A stretch of 64,000 nucleotides of DNA, taken from positions 320,001 to 384,000 of the forward strand of contig CAWDXG010000001.1 of the NCBI GenBank assembly GCA_963806225.1. Direction: 5' to 3'. The position numbers and the translations under genes are program-made. The notes under the pieces are model-generated. The model was not told the origin of the DNA. It did not search any database and saw nothing but the letters and a program-made list of their open reading frames with translations. The stretch comes from an uncultured delta proteobacterium. GTDB taxonomy: Bacteria > Myxococcota_A > Polyangia > Polyangiales > Polyangiaceae. Below, piece by piece: positions 29,387 to 39,591 of the stretch (within the stretch, counting starts at the first letter, position 1; each line of letters opens with the position of its first letter).

Positions 29387-30634
29387 ATGCTCCGTCCTCT
29401 TCCGTTCCTGACCCGGGTCTGTCGCCGCTGGGTCCTGACAGCGCTTCTCGTGCCGGCCGTCGCTGCGTGCGGGGGCTACGTCCACGTCAAACCGGTCGCC
29501 ACGTCCGTGCAGAAGCCGAGCAACGTGGCCGTGTACCTGGCTGTGTCCGCCCTGGGCAAGCCGCTCACCGATCTCACGGCCGACAACTTCAAGATCTACG
29601 AGGACAACCAGCTGCTCGATTCGAAGAAGATCGGGCTCACGCTGCTGCCCGCCGATTCGGTGGCCGAACACCGTGTGATCCTGCTGGTGGATATCACCGG
29701 AGACAGCGCGGCCCGCAAGGCGCAGGCCGATGCCGCGGCGAAGTTCGTCGCGGAGGTGCAGAAGGACCAGTCGGTCAGCGTGTTCGCATTCGACGGTGCG
29801 GCCGAGCTCCACCCGGTGGCGGATTTCAAGAAGGAGGACAGCGCGGACAGCTCGAAGAGCGCGGACAGCTCGAAGAGCGCGGACAGCTCGAAGAGCGCGG
29901 ACAGCTCGAAGAGCGCCGGCAGTCCGTCGAGCCTGGACAAGCTCGAGCAGATGAAGATGACCGACCAGTCGCGAAACCTCTACGGCGCCGTGGCTGCGGG
30001 GCTTTCCAAGCTCGACAGCTCCCTCGGCGGCGACGACCGGCCGGTGCACGTCGGAACGCTCGTGGTGTTCACGAGCGGTCCCGATCTGGCAGGGCGGCGC
30101 ACCTACTCGGATCTCGATAGCGAGCTCGACAACACGCCCTACCCAGTCGTCGCCATCGGGGAGGGAGCCGACAAGAAGGTCTCGCTCAGCCACATCGGCA
30201 GGGACGGCACCTTCCGCGTGCAGGGAACGGTCAGCCTCGACGAGGCTTTCGCCAAGGCGGCCCAGCAGGTCAAGTCGCTCGAATCCGGCAACTACCTCCT
30301 CTCGTACTGCTCCCCGTCGCGCGGCGGTGTGCGCAGGCTGCGCGTCCAGATCACGATCACCGACAAGAAGGGGACCAAGCAGACGGGCGACACCGACGTG
30401 CGCTTCTCCGCCGACGGCTTCGCGCCCGGCTGCAAGAGCGACACGCCGCCCCGCTTCACCGCGAAGCTCACCGCACAAGGAGTGCCGGGCATCGGCGACG
30501 CCACGGAGGAAACCAAGCCGGCCGAGACGAAGAAGAAGCCCGTGCATCACGCGCCGGCGCACCACGCCGTGCACCACGCGCCGCCCAGGAAGCCCCCGCC
30601 GAAGAAGGCGCCGGTCGAGGACTTCGAGCCCTGA
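29387..30634 (+). CDS. Lipoprotein with VWA-like domain
   Basis: Lipobox VAAC; FKIYED, ILLVDITG, LVVFTSG and YLLSYCSP. Confidence 0.75.
   Translation: MLRPLPFLTRVCRRWVLTALLVPAVAACGGYVHVKPVATSVQKPSNVAVYLAVSALGKPLTDLTADNFKIYEDNQLLDSKKIGLTLLPADSVAEHRVILLVDITGDSAARKAQADAAAKFVAEVQKDQSVSVFAFDGAAELHPVADFKKEDSADSSKSADSSKSADSSKSADSSKSAGSPSSLDKLEQMKMTDQSRNLYGAVAAGLSKLDSSLGGDDRPVHVGTLVVFTSGPDLAGRRTYSDLDSELDNTPYPVVAIGEGADKKVSLSHIGRDGTFRVQGTVSLDEAFAKAAQQVKSLESGNYLLSYCSPSRGGVRRLRVQITITDKKGTKQTGDTDVRFSADGFAPGCKSDTPPRFTAKLTAQGVPGIGDATEETKPAETKKKPVHHAPAHHAVHHAPPRKPPPKKAPVEDFEP
29840..29916 (+). repeat. Perfect 18-nt tandem repeat x4 (AGCGCGGACAGCTCGAAG), encoding SADSSK
   Basis: Read directly from the sequence. 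Confidence 0.95.
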
Positions 30635-30635
30635 G

Positions 30636-31640
30636 ATGAGGCGCACGCTCGTTGCGCTGGCGCTGCCGGCGCTCGTCGCCCTTTCCGGGGGATGCCACCA
30701 CGAAGAGAAGCAGAGCGCCGCGCCGGCTCCGCAGGCGAAGACGCCCACTTCCCCGAGCAGGCCGAAGCCGCCGAACCCGCTCCGCTACCCGGCGCCTGTA
30801 CGGCTCGTGGCGATCGGCGACCTGCACGGCGATCTCGGTTCCACGCGGGCTGCGCTCCGGCTGGCCGGCGCCATCAACAGCGACGACGACTGGATCGGCG
30901 GCAAGCTGGTGGTGGTGCAGGTCGGTGACGAGCTCGACCGCGGCGACCAGGATCGCGAGATCCTCGAGCTGTTCGGAAGCCTGAAGGACAAGGCGAAGAA
31001 GGCCGGAGGCCGCGTCATCGCGCTCGACGGCAACCACGAGGTGATGAACGTCCAGGGCGACTTCCGCTACACCACGCATGGCGGCTTCGAGGAGTTCAAG
31101 GGCAGCGCGGGCGCGCAGATGGCGGGCATTACTGGGCGCTTTCCGCCCATCGCGCGCGGCCGGGCCGTGGCGTTCCATCCCGGTGGCGAGTGGGCTCGTC
31201 GTCTGGCGAAGCGCAGCGTCGTCGCCATCGTCGGCGACAGCGTGTTCGTGCATGGCGGGCTCCTGCCGAAGCACGTGGGCTACGGGCTCGATCGCATCAA
31301 CGCCGAGACCAGCGCGTGGATGCGAGGCCAGGGCGAACTGCCCACCCTGATGCAGCGCGAGGACGCGCCGATCTGGCTGCGCGCCTACTCCGAAGGCGAG
31401 CCCGACGCGGCCACCTGTTCCGGGCTGCACCAGGTGCTGCACCGCCTGCACGCAAGGCGCATGGTCGTCGGCCACACCGTCCAGAAGGATGGCATCACCT
31501 CGGCCTGCAACGGCGGCGTGTGGCGCATCGACGTGGGGCTCTCCGACTTCTACGGCGGCCCCACCCAGGTGCTCGAGATCGACGGAGACGGCGTCAAGGT
31601 GCTCGGCAAGCCCGCCCAGCCCGCCAAGGCCGCGGAGTAG
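30636..31640 (+). CDS. Shewanella-like (PPP-family) metallophosphatase, lipoprotein
   Basis: Lipobox LSGGC; GDLHGD, GDELDRG, GNHE, HGG, GHT and IDVGLS. Confidence 0.9.
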   Translation: MRRTLVALALPALVALSGGCHHEEKQSAAPAPQAKTPTSPSRPKPPNPLRYPAPVRLVAIGDLHGDLGSTRAALRLAGAINSDDDWIGGKLVVVQVGDELDRGDQDREILELFGSLKDKAKKAGGRVIALDGNHEVMNVQGDFRYTTHGGFEEFKGSAGAQMAGITGRFPPIARGRAVAFHPGGEWARRLAKRSVVAIVGDSVFVHGGLLPKHVGYGLDRINAETSAWMRGQGELPTLMQREDAPIWLRAYSEGEPDAATCSGLHQVLHRLHARRMVVGHTVQKDGITSACNGGVWRIDVGLSDFYGGPTQVLEIDGDGVKVLGKPAQPAKAAE

Positions 31641-31681
31641 CGCCGCGCAGCTCTCCGCCGCGCGGCGCCTCCACGGATCGA

Positions 31682-32281
31682 TCAGGCCGCCGGCGGCGTG
31701 TCGCTGCGGAACAGCTCGACCTTCTCCAGCACCTGGTCTTCCTGCGGCATGTCGCGCGAACCGGTCGCGACGCGCGCGATCTTGTTGACCACATCCTGGC
31801 CGGCCACGACGTGACCGAACACGGCGTGCTTGTTGTCGAGATGCGGCGTCGGCCCCTCGGTGATGAAGAACTGCGCGCCGTTGGTGCCCGGGCCCGAGTT
31901 GGCCATGGACAGGACGCCGGGGCGGTTGTGCTTGAGCTCCGGGTGGAACTCGTCGCCGAAGCGGTAGCCCGGGTTGCCGGTGCCCCAGCGCCCGCGCATG
32001 TCCTGGTGGCGGCTCAGCGGGTCGCCCACCTGCACCATGAAGTTCGGGATGACGCGGTGGAAGCGCACGCCGTCGTACATCGGCGTGCCCTTCATGCTCT
32101 GGCCCGTCTTCGGGTCCTTCCAGTCGATGTTCCCGGTGGCGAGCCCGACGAAGTTCGCGACCGTCTTGGGCGCGCGCTGCTCTTCCAGCTCGATGATGAT
32201 GTTGCCCTGCGTGGTGTGCAGCCGCGCATACAGCGCCCCGCTGCCCGCTACCTCGATCGGGGGAAAGTTCGGTTCAGCCAT
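31682..32281 (-). CDS. Cyclophilin-type peptidyl-prolyl cis-trans isomerase
   Basis: [38 protein letters not shown] and HAVFG. Confidence 0.95.
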   Translation of the reverse strand: MAEPNFPPIEVAGSGALYARLHTTQGNIIIELEEQRAPKTVANFVGLATGNIDWKDPKTGQSMKGTPMYDGVRFHRVIPNFMVQVGDPLSRHQDMRGRWGTGNPGYRFGDEFHPELKHNRPGVLSMANSGPGTNGAQFFITEGPTPHLDNKHAVFGHVVAGQDVVNKIARVATGSRDMPQEDQVLEKVELFRSDTPPAA

Positions 32282-32378
32282 GGATCTCCTCGCTGGTTCG
32301 GGTGACCGGAAAATCGTTCGGCCCCGGTCCTAGCACAGCTCCGCGCGGACCGGCGGCGTCGATGCGCGCGGCGGGCTT

Positions 32379-33629
32379 CTACGATTCCCCGTCGGGAACC
32401 GGAGCGTCGGCGGCGGCCTGTTGTCGGGTGGGCATGGGCAGCTTCCGCGCGATGACGGCCCAGATAGCGACGGCGCAGGCCAGGACGACGAACAGCACCC
32501 AGTAGTTTTCGCGGAGCACGATGCCGGCGCTGCCGCGCTGCAGGAACGCTCCGCCGAGCAGGGCTCCGCCGAACGAGCCGAGGTACTGGCTCATGTTGAA
32601 GAGGCCCACGGCCGTGCCGCGGTTCTCTGCGGGAGCGAGCCGTGTCTCGAGCGAAGGCATGATGGCTTCGAGCAGGCTGAAGCCGATGAAGTACAGCCCG
32701 ATCGCCACGGAGAACCAGGTCAGGTTGCGGCCGCCGCTCGTGAACAGCAGCAGTCCCGCGCCAAGAGTCAGCAGTGAAAAATACAGCGCCTCCTTCATGT
32801 AGCCGTCTCGTTCGGCGAAGATGATCGCAGGCACCATCACGACGGCGCTGACCAGGAGCGCGCCCAGATAGACCAACCACTGGTGCTGCTTCTGCACGAG
32901 CCCGGACAGCAGAAACGGCGCCACCAGGAACAGTCCGCGCAGCGTGCCGTTGAGCATGAAGATCCCGCTGTTCATCCTGAGCAGAACGGGGTTCGTCAGC
33001 ACGGCCTTGAACCCGCCGGCAGAGATCTCGGCTTCGTCGTGGTGCTCGTGCTTTTCGGGGGTCGGCACGACGAACAGCACGACCAGCAGCGCGATCGGCG
33101 TCAGCGCGGCCAGGAGCTCGAAGATCGATGTGACGCCGAAGTGGCCGGCCAGCAGCGGACCGCCCACGAAGCCCACGCCGAAGGCGAGCCCGATGCTGCT
33201 GCCGATGATGGCCATGGCGCGCGTCCTGACTGCCGGCCGTGTCAGATCCGCCACGAGCGCCAGGATCACGGCGGCGACGGCTCCGGAGCCCTGCAGAGCC
33301 ATGGCGCCGATGAGCTGCCAGATCGAGTGCGCGAAGGCCGCCCACAGGCTGCCGGCCGTGAACAGACACAGCGCCACGGCGATCATCGGCTTGCGACCGA
33401 CGCGGTCGCTCATCCAGCCGAACGGCACCTGGAACGCGGTCTGCAAGAGCGGGAAGGCTCCGAAGGCCAGCCCGACCAGCAGCGGGCTCGCGCCCTTCAT
33501 GTGGCTCGCGTACGGGCTGAGCACCGGCAGCACGAGAAAGATCCCGAGCATGCGCAGGAAAAACACGCCGCTTAGTGTGCCGATGGATCGCCATTCCTGG
33601 CGGTTTAGCCGCGTTCGCTCAGCCTTCAT
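32379..33629 (-). CDS. MFS transporter (YajR-like)
   Basis: RMLGIFLVLPV, GWMSDRVGRKP, about 12 TM helices. Confidence 0.9.
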   Translation of the reverse strand: MKAERTRLNRQEWRSIGTLSGVFFLRMLGIFLVLPVLSPYASHMKGASPLLVGLAFGAFPLLQTAFQVPFGWMSDRVGRKPMIAVALCLFTAGSLWAAFAHSIWQLIGAMALQGSGAVAAVILALVADLTRPAVRTRAMAIIGSSIGLAFGVGFVGGPLLAGHFGVTSIFELLAALTPIALLVVLFVVPTPEKHEHHDEAEISAGGFKAVLTNPVLLRMNSGIFMLNGTLRGLFLVAPFLLSGLVQKQHQWLVYLGALLVSAVVMVPAIIFAERDGYMKEALYFSLLTLGAGLLLFTSGGRNLTWFSVAIGLYFIGFSLLEAIMPSLETRLAPAENRGTAVGLFNMSQYLGSFGGALLGGAFLQRGSAGIVLRENYWVLFVVLACAVAIWAVIARKLPMPTRQQAAADAPVPDGES

Positions 33630-33855
33630 GCGCTCCCATTCTCCGCGGCCTCGACGAGGCCGGCGCGAAGTGTACACCGCGCACCGGTGTTGTCTGCTGC
33701 TGTTGTCCGCGTGGCCCCAGCTTGCCCGCCGCGTGCACCCCAGGACCTCGAAACCAGCGAAACCAACGGGTCTGTCGGGATATTCCTCGGGGCTTTGCGC
33801 GGGGACTGCACGGCGACGAGCAGCACCTGCTGCGCGCCCTCGACCGGGGCGTTGC

Positions 33856-34656
33856 TCAGGTGTGGGGGTTGCCGCGGAGGGCCAGCAGCAGCGCTTCCTG
33901 TGAGCCTTCGGGCGCGACCTCGCCGTCGTCGAGCAGGCGCACGGACAGCTCTTTGCCCTGGCCCAGCCGGACCGCGACGCGCACGGCGCGCATCGGCTCC
34001 AGCGGGTCGGGAATGCTCTCCAGCGTTCTCGGGCCGTTGCTGGAGCGAGGCGCCATCGGTGGATCCGGGGCATGCGGGGCGGTGGAGCTCACGAGCTCGC
34101 GGTCCTCTTCCATCACCACCGTCGGCTCGAGTGGCTCGCGCCGCACCTCGGGGGGCAGCGGGCGGGACGGCCGCGCCGACCGTGGCGGATGATCCGGCTC
34201 GGTGTCGTCCACGCGCCGGATCGCCTCGATCAAGTCCGAGGCCGGCGCTTCCAGCCGCGTCTGCGCGAAGTCGTAGGGCGCCGTGGGAGGCAGCTTGCGC
34301 CTGGGGCTGGCTGCCGGAGGCGGCGCGGGAGTGGGCGGCGCGGGGGTCGGAGCAGGCGGGGGTGCGGCGGCGGCCCCCGATGGACCTGCAGCTGCGACGG
34401 ACACCTCGCCGGACGCCGTGCCTTCCGCGAGCCCGAGCCGCTCGAACTCCGCCGCGGCCTGCGAAAGCGCGTCGGCGCGCGCGTCCAGCCCGTCGCCGCG
34501 GGCTGTCTCGGCCGCCTGCCGGAGCCAGAGCAGGGTCTTGCGTCCATCGCCGCGTGCCCACATGGCCAGAACAGTCTCTACTGCCCAGCGCAGGTCGGAC
34601 GAATCGTCCGGGCGAGGCGAGAGCACCTCCTGCATCCAGCTCGGCAGGTTGCCCAT
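33856..34656 (-). CDS. Hypothetical protein with Pro-rich central linker
   Basis: Folded-looking N- and C-terminal parts and good codon bias; directly follows the thiolase. Confidence 0.7.
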   Translation of the reverse strand: MGNLPSWMQEVLSPRPDDSSDLRWAVETVLAMWARGDGRKTLLWLRQAAETARGDGLDARADALSQAAAEFERLGLAEGTASGEVSVAAAGPSGAAAAPPPAPTPAPPTPAPPPAASPRRKLPPTAPYDFAQTRLEAPASDLIEAIRRVDDTEPDHPPRSARPSRPLPPEVRREPLEPTVVMEEDRELVSSTAPHAPDPPMAPRSSNGPRTLESIPDPLEPMRAVRVAVRLGQGKELSVRLLDDGEVAPEGSQEALLLALRGNPHT

Positions 34657-34664
34657 CTTCCCGA

Positions 34665-35873
34665 TCAGGCCTTCTCGAACAGAGTGGCAATGCCCTGACC
34701 GACGCCGATGCACAGCGACGCGAGCCCCACGCGCGCCTTGTCGTCGGCTTTCATGGCATTGAGCAGGGTCACCACGATGCGCGCGCCGGAGGCACCGATC
34801 GGGTGCCCCAGCGCGAGTGCGCCGCCGCGCACGTTGACGCGCTCCGGATCCAGATCCAGGCCCCGGATGCAGGCGAGGCTCTGCGACGCGAACGCCTCGT
34901 TCAGCTCGATAACGTCGATGTTCGGCGAGCGCAGCCCCGCGCGCGCCAGCGCCTTCTTCGTCGCGGGGATCGGGCCCTCGCCCATGTAGCTCGGGTCCAC
35001 GCCGGCGGTGGCGGAGGCGATGTAGCGCAACTGGGGCTCGATACCGAGCTCCTTCACCACACTCTCGCTGGCCAACATCACCGCAGCTGCCCCGTCGTTT
35101 AGCGGCGAGGAATTGCCGGCCGTTACCGACCCGCCCTCGCGGAACGCGGGCTTGAGCTTCGCGAGCTTCTCCATGCTCGTGTCGGGTCGGATCGACTCGT
35201 CGCGGTCGACAACGATGGCCGGCCCCTTCCGCTGTGGCACCTCCACCGGCACGATCTCGTCCGCGAAGAGCTTCTGCTCCCAGGCGGCGGCAGCTTTCTG
35301 CTGCGAGCCGAGCGCGAAGCGGTCCTGCTCCTCGCGGCCGATGCCGAACTTCTTGGCGACGTTCTCGGCGGTCTCGCCCATGCCGATGAGATCGAAGCGC
35401 TCGGCCATCTTCGGGTTCGGATAGCGCCAGCCGAGCGTCGTGTCGTAGATGGCGGGTGGCTGGCGCGAATAGGCCTCCTGGGCCTTGGGCATCGAATAGG
35501 GCGCACGCGTCATGCTCTCGACGCCGCCGGCGATGGCGACTTCGGCTTCGCCCAGGGCGATCATGCGCGCGGCGTCGTTGAGCGCCTCGAGCCCGGAGCC
35601 GCAGAGTCGGTTCACGGTGACGGCCGGCACTTCGTAGGGCAGCCCCGCGAGCAGGAGCGCCATGCGCGCCACGTTGCGGTTGTCCTCGCCGGCCTGGTTC
35701 GTCGAGCCGAACACGACCTGATCGATGCGTTCGGAGAGCGCGGGTTGGCGCTGCACGAGGGTCGACACCGTCAGCGCAGCCAGATCGTCGGTGCGCACCG
35801 CGGCGAGCGCACCGCGGAACTTCCCGATCGGCGTGCGGATGGCGTCGATGACGTAGACGGTATTGATCGACAT
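34665..35873 (-). CDS. Thiolase (acetyl-CoA C-acyltransferase, PcaF/PaaJ-like)
   Basis: QAGEDNRNVARM, NRLCGSG, NEAF, GHPIGASG and CIGVGQG. Confidence 0.95.
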   Translation of the reverse strand: MSINTVYVIDAIRTPIGKFRGALAAVRTDDLAALTVSTLVQRQPALSERIDQVVFGSTNQAGEDNRNVARMALLLAGLPYEVPAVTVNRLCGSGLEALNDAARMIALGEAEVAIAGGVESMTRAPYSMPKAQEAYSRQPPAIYDTTLGWRYPNPKMAERFDLIGMGETAENVAKKFGIGREEQDRFALGSQQKAAAAWEQKLFADEIVPVEVPQRKGPAIVVDRDESIRPDTSMEKLAKLKPAFREGGSVTAGNSSPLNDGAAAVMLASESVVKELGIEPQLRYIASATAGVDPSYMGEGPIPATKKALARAGLRSPNIDVIELNEAFASQSLACIRGLDLDPERVNVRGGALALGHPIGASGARIVVTLLNAMKADDKARVGLASLCIGVGQGIATLFEKA

Positions 35874-35948
35874 GGCGCAGAGTCTACGCTGGTGCGCCGC
35901 GCGTTTGTAGTCCCGCGCGCGGCGTTCTCGCCGGCAGAAATCCGGCGA

Positions 35949-36947
35949 TTATTCCCGCCCAGCGTCGCGCGGGGCGCTGCCGCCGCCCTGCGCGGGAAAA
36001 ACCAGCACCCAGGAGCCCGGGCCCGGGTGGTACAGGCGCGTCTTGCCCGGGTACTGTCCGCGATGGAAGTACGGATACCAGGGCAGCGAGCGCCAGGCTT
36101 TCGTGTCCTTGACGAACTCCGGCACGATCAGGTCGAGCGCGGCGTAGCGCTGGCCGGTCGCTTCGGACACGCGCTTCCCGAAGCTCCACTGCTCGAGGCC
36201 CTTCCGCGGATACAGGTCGTTGTGCATGGCACCGCCGTAGGCGATCACGAGCTTTTCGGGCTTGCTGCCTTTCTCGTTGCGCTTGGCCAGCTTCGTCAGA
36301 TCGTCGCCGCTGAGCCGCGTGATCATCTCCAGCATCTGCTCGACGTCGTTCGGCCCCGCCTGGAGGATCTTGTCGTACTCCTTGCACGACGGCCTGAGCG
36401 CGTGCGGTTGGATGCCGAGATGCTTGGCGGCGGTGCCGAGCGCGATGAACTCGTTCTGGTCGCCCTTGGCCTGGTGCTTCGTCACGACCTTCTGCTTCTT
36501 CGCGACCTTCTTGACCTGCTTCTGGCAGCGGCTGTTCCCCAGCCACAGCTCCAGCACCAGATCGCTGGCGCGCCCTTTCAACTCCGGGAGCAGCTGTTCG
36601 GTGAAACGCTTCGTGGCCGACTCGATGCCTACGCTTCCCCGCTGCGCATGCGTCTCGCCGACCGCCAGCACGAGTGGCTTTTCCGCCAGCACCGTGGACA
36701 GCGCCTTCTCCGGCGAATCGTACAGCCGGCAGCCGAGGCCGCCGCAGCTTTGCGTGTCACCGGCCGGATGGGCCGAGGCCGTCGCGGAGGGTTCCGGGCG
36801 GGGAGCGACGGATGGCGCGGGAGCCGTCACGGCCGCGGAAGCACCGGGGCTCGGCGCCGGCTCGCTCGGGTGGTTGCAGGCGGCGAGTGCGAGCCCGATC
36901 CCTAATGGAATCCAGAGGTAACGACCAGCCCGCCCGCGCTCCGCCAT
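35949..36947 (-). CDS. Lipoprotein, possibly EreA/ChaN-like fold
   Basis: Lipobox LAAC; LAVGETH, LVLE and YGGAMH. The fold assignment is tentative. Confidence 0.65.
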   Translation of the reverse strand: MAERGRAGRYLWIPLGIGLALAACNHPSEPAPSPGASAAVTAPAPSVAPRPEPSATASAHPAGDTQSCGGLGCRLYDSPEKALSTVLAEKPLVLAVGETHAQRGSVGIESATKRFTEQLLPELKGRASDLVLELWLGNSRCQKQVKKVAKKQKVVTKHQAKGDQNEFIALGTAAKHLGIQPHALRPSCKEYDKILQAGPNDVEQMLEMITRLSGDDLTKLAKRNEKGSKPEKLVIAYGGAMHNDLYPRKGLEQWSFGKRVSEATGQRYAALDLIVPEFVKDTKAWRSLPWYPYFHRGQYPGKTRLYHPGPGSWVLVFPAQGGGSAPRDAGRE

Positions 36948-37000
36948 AGGCCGATAATGCCACGCTTTGCCCGCGCGCGGGCCTCATCTACCCTCGGGGC

Positions 37001-38410
37001 ATGCCGCCGCCCTGGAATACCTGGCCGTACCACCGCACCAGCTCCGCGCTGTCGTTTCCGCGCGACGAGGGCTGGCACCGCCTGCTGCCGCTGGGCGTTG
37101 CCAATCCCGCACTCGGCGACATGGAGTGGGTGTACCTCAACAGTCACGTCAAGGAGCAGGGCGGGGCAGGGCGCACGTTCGTCGTGTTCGCCGCCTACTT
37201 CACCCAGCACTTGCGCTTCCTCGTGGTGCGCGCATTCGACGCGCAGGACCGCTACCTCGGCGGCTGGACGGGGACGGCATGGGGCCTGCTTCGTCCCTCC
37301 GCCGAGCGGCTCGACCTCACCTTCAAGCACGGCGGTGGCACCGACGAATGGAAGACGAGGCTCGATGCCCAGGGCGACCCGATCCCGTTCGCGTCCCGGC
37401 TGCACGCTCTCGACGACGCCGGAAAGTTCTCGGTCGATCTCGAGCTCGAGTGCACGAAGCGTCCCTACGAGGCCGGCGGCGTCGGATTCCTGCCCTTCGG
37501 CAGGCGCGGCTCGTTCTACTACTACTCGCTCACCCGGCTGTCGGTGGCCGGCACGCTCAGGCTGCCGAAGAACGGTGGCGGCGAAGAGACGATCGCCGTC
37601 GACGGCATCGGTTGGTACGACCACCAGTGGGGGCCGTTCTACGTCACGCCTTTCCGGACCAAGAACCTCGAGCAGTACGAGTGGATGAGCATCCAGCTCG
37701 ACTCGGGCGACGAGATCCTGCTTACCACCGTGTGGGAGCCGGACGGGCGCACGCCCGGGCTTCCCGCCTACGGCGGGGCGGGTCTGATCCGCGCCGATAG
37801 CACCTTCGACAAGCTCATAGGCTCGCACCGCTGGAAGCGCACGCGCTTCTGGCGCTCGCCGGATCAGCACGCCATCTACGCGGCGGAGTGGACCTTCGAC
37901 GCGCCGGAGTGGAACACCTCGCTCCGCATCACGCCGCGCTACCACGACCAGCTCACTCCCATCGTCGACGACCCGCCGCCGAACCTGCTCGGGAGCGTGG
38001 CCCACATGTTCGAGGGCTGGGCGAACTGGCTCGGCGACTTCTGGGAAGGCAGCTGCCGCGTGACCGGCACGTTCAATGGGCAGCCTGCGAGCGGCGTTGC
38101 CTTCGGCGAGCTCATCAAGCGCTACGAGGATCCAGAGTTCAGGATCGAGGTCGTCCGGAACGAGCCCGGACGCACCCTGCTCGAGTGGAGGGTCGACAAC
38201 CCCGACGAACAGGTGAAGCTCGAATACCGCTTTTTCCTCGAGCACGCCGACGGCACGCCGATCATCGATCGTTCCGGACTCGATATCCCGGTGATGGTGC
38301 TCGACGATCCGGCGCTGCCGTCGGGCGAGGCGCTTGTGGCGCGCGTCGTGGCGCGCTCGGTCGACGGAGCCATCTCCGGCACTGCTACCACTTCCGTTAC
38401 GTTGCGCTGA
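37001..38410 (+). CDS. Lipocalin-like / CrtC (AttH-like) family protein
   Basis: FPRDEGWH, EWVYLN, FYYYSLTRL, WYDHQWG, EWMSIQLD and FWEG. Confidence 0.85.
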   Translation: MPPPWNTWPYHRTSSALSFPRDEGWHRLLPLGVANPALGDMEWVYLNSHVKEQGGAGRTFVVFAAYFTQHLRFLVVRAFDAQDRYLGGWTGTAWGLLRPSAERLDLTFKHGGGTDEWKTRLDAQGDPIPFASRLHALDDAGKFSVDLELECTKRPYEAGGVGFLPFGRRGSFYYYSLTRLSVAGTLRLPKNGGGEETIAVDGIGWYDHQWGPFYVTPFRTKNLEQYEWMSIQLDSGDEILLTTVWEPDGRTPGLPAYGGAGLIRADSTFDKLIGSHRWKRTRFWRSPDQHAIYAAEWTFDAPEWNTSLRITPRYHDQLTPIVDDPPPNLLGSVAHMFEGWANWLGDFWEGSCRVTGTFNGQPASGVAFGELIKRYEDPEFRIEVVRNEPGRTLLEWRVDNPDEQVKLEYRFFLEHADGTPIIDRSGLDIPVMVLDDPALPSGEALVARVVARSVDGAISGTATTSVTLR

Positions 38411-38482
38411 TCCCTCGTGGCCCGGTTCACTACGGCTGGAACACGCTCCGCCGTTTGGTCTAGGGGGCAGCCGCTTCACGGC

Positions 38483-38549
38483 GCGGATACGCCGCGGTCG
38501 CGCCGCGGTCGCACCGCGCTTGTTTTGGTCCCCAAGCCCGGGCTTGGCG
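38483..38549 (+). repeat. Left-edge motif set GCGGATACGC / CCGCGCTTG / palindrome CCAAGCCCGGGCTTGG
   Basis: The same three motifs occur in the same order, inverted, at 50510-50623. Confidence 0.6.
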
Positions 38550-38743
38550 CCCGATTCACGCGCCCGCGATCCCGCCCCAACGTCTTGTTGCGCAACTCGC
38601 CAAAGCCAGAGGTGGACGCTCCCTACCTGGTCCCACGTCCCATTCCCCCACGATGCCCCCCCGAATCCGCGAAAAACCGGCCAGAAACCCCGCGAAAACC
38701 CCACTGAGCCGGCCAACTTCTCTTAACATGAGCCTAGGCGGGC

Positions 38744-39157
38744 TCAGAGTTGCCGGTGCGCATGGCCGGTTACGTACGAGAAGGCCAGGCATCGAGCGTG
38801 CTGTTCTCGTGGAGCAAGACGGAGAGAACATCCGAGTCCACCTTGAACCCGTCGAACATCACGTCCCCGGGGCAGGGATTCAGAGCCACCACCAGAATCT
38901 CCGTAGGGATCGCCGGTGTTCGTGAAGTCCCAGACGGTGCCGAGGGTGATGGACGGTTTGGAGCAGTCGGTAACGTCCGAGCCGGCCGGCACCCCGTCGA
39001 CCGTGTAGTCGGTGAGCATCCAGTCGGTGGCGATCAGGTCGTTCCGGAGGTTCTCGGTGTCGACCCCCGGGCTCAAGCTCGCCGCGCCGTTCCCGCTCGA
39101 GCAGGCTGCCATGCACAACGCCAGGGCACTGGCGGCCGAGAGCTGCATGAGGAACAC
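38744..39157 (-). pseudogene. Small lipoprotein gene, frameshifted or chimeric near 38907
   Basis: Lipobox MAAC. After GDP the better-biased frame (TEILVVALNPCPGDVMFDG...) is the alternative one. Confidence 0.5.
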
Positions 39158-39449
39158 GGTGAACTTCGTCGGTCCTGACCGGAAGCAGCTGAGCTGTCCG
39201 CCGCCCTCCTATCTCGAGCGACAAATCAAGACGCAGCAGGAAGAACTGGACAGTATCAGAAGCAAGCAGACGATGAGCCTGGTCAAGCTCATCGTGTTCC
39301 TGCTGCTCACGCCGGTGTTCGGGGGTCTAGCGCTTGTCTGCGGCTTCTTCTGGAGAAAGAAGAACAAGCTCGACAAGCAGAAGCTCGAACAGGAAGCCGG
39401 CCCCACGCAGAGCGCCTCAAACCAAGCCCAACCCGTCCAACCCGCGCAG

Positions 39450-39585
39450 TCCCCAGCACAGCACCTCGCCGCTCTTCTTCACGGCGCAGGTCGCGTTGGC
39501 ATCGCCCGAGATCGCCTGCACGTTGGTCAGCCCGCGCACGCGCGCGGGGCTCCTCTCGTTGATGCCGGTGCCGTCGCCGAGCTGG
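39450..39585 (-). pseudogene. RCC1-like repeat fragment
   Basis: QLGDGTG...VQAISGDANATCAVKKSGEVLCWG, with no start or stop of its own. Confidence 0.7.
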
Positions 39586-39591
39586 TCCAGC

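Noticed and set aside
29840..29916. Tandem repeats (also 1650-1800 and 45835-45903) as a CRISPR array
   Set aside because: There are no spacers, unit lengths are multiples of three, the repeats lie in-frame inside CDSs, and no cas genes are present.
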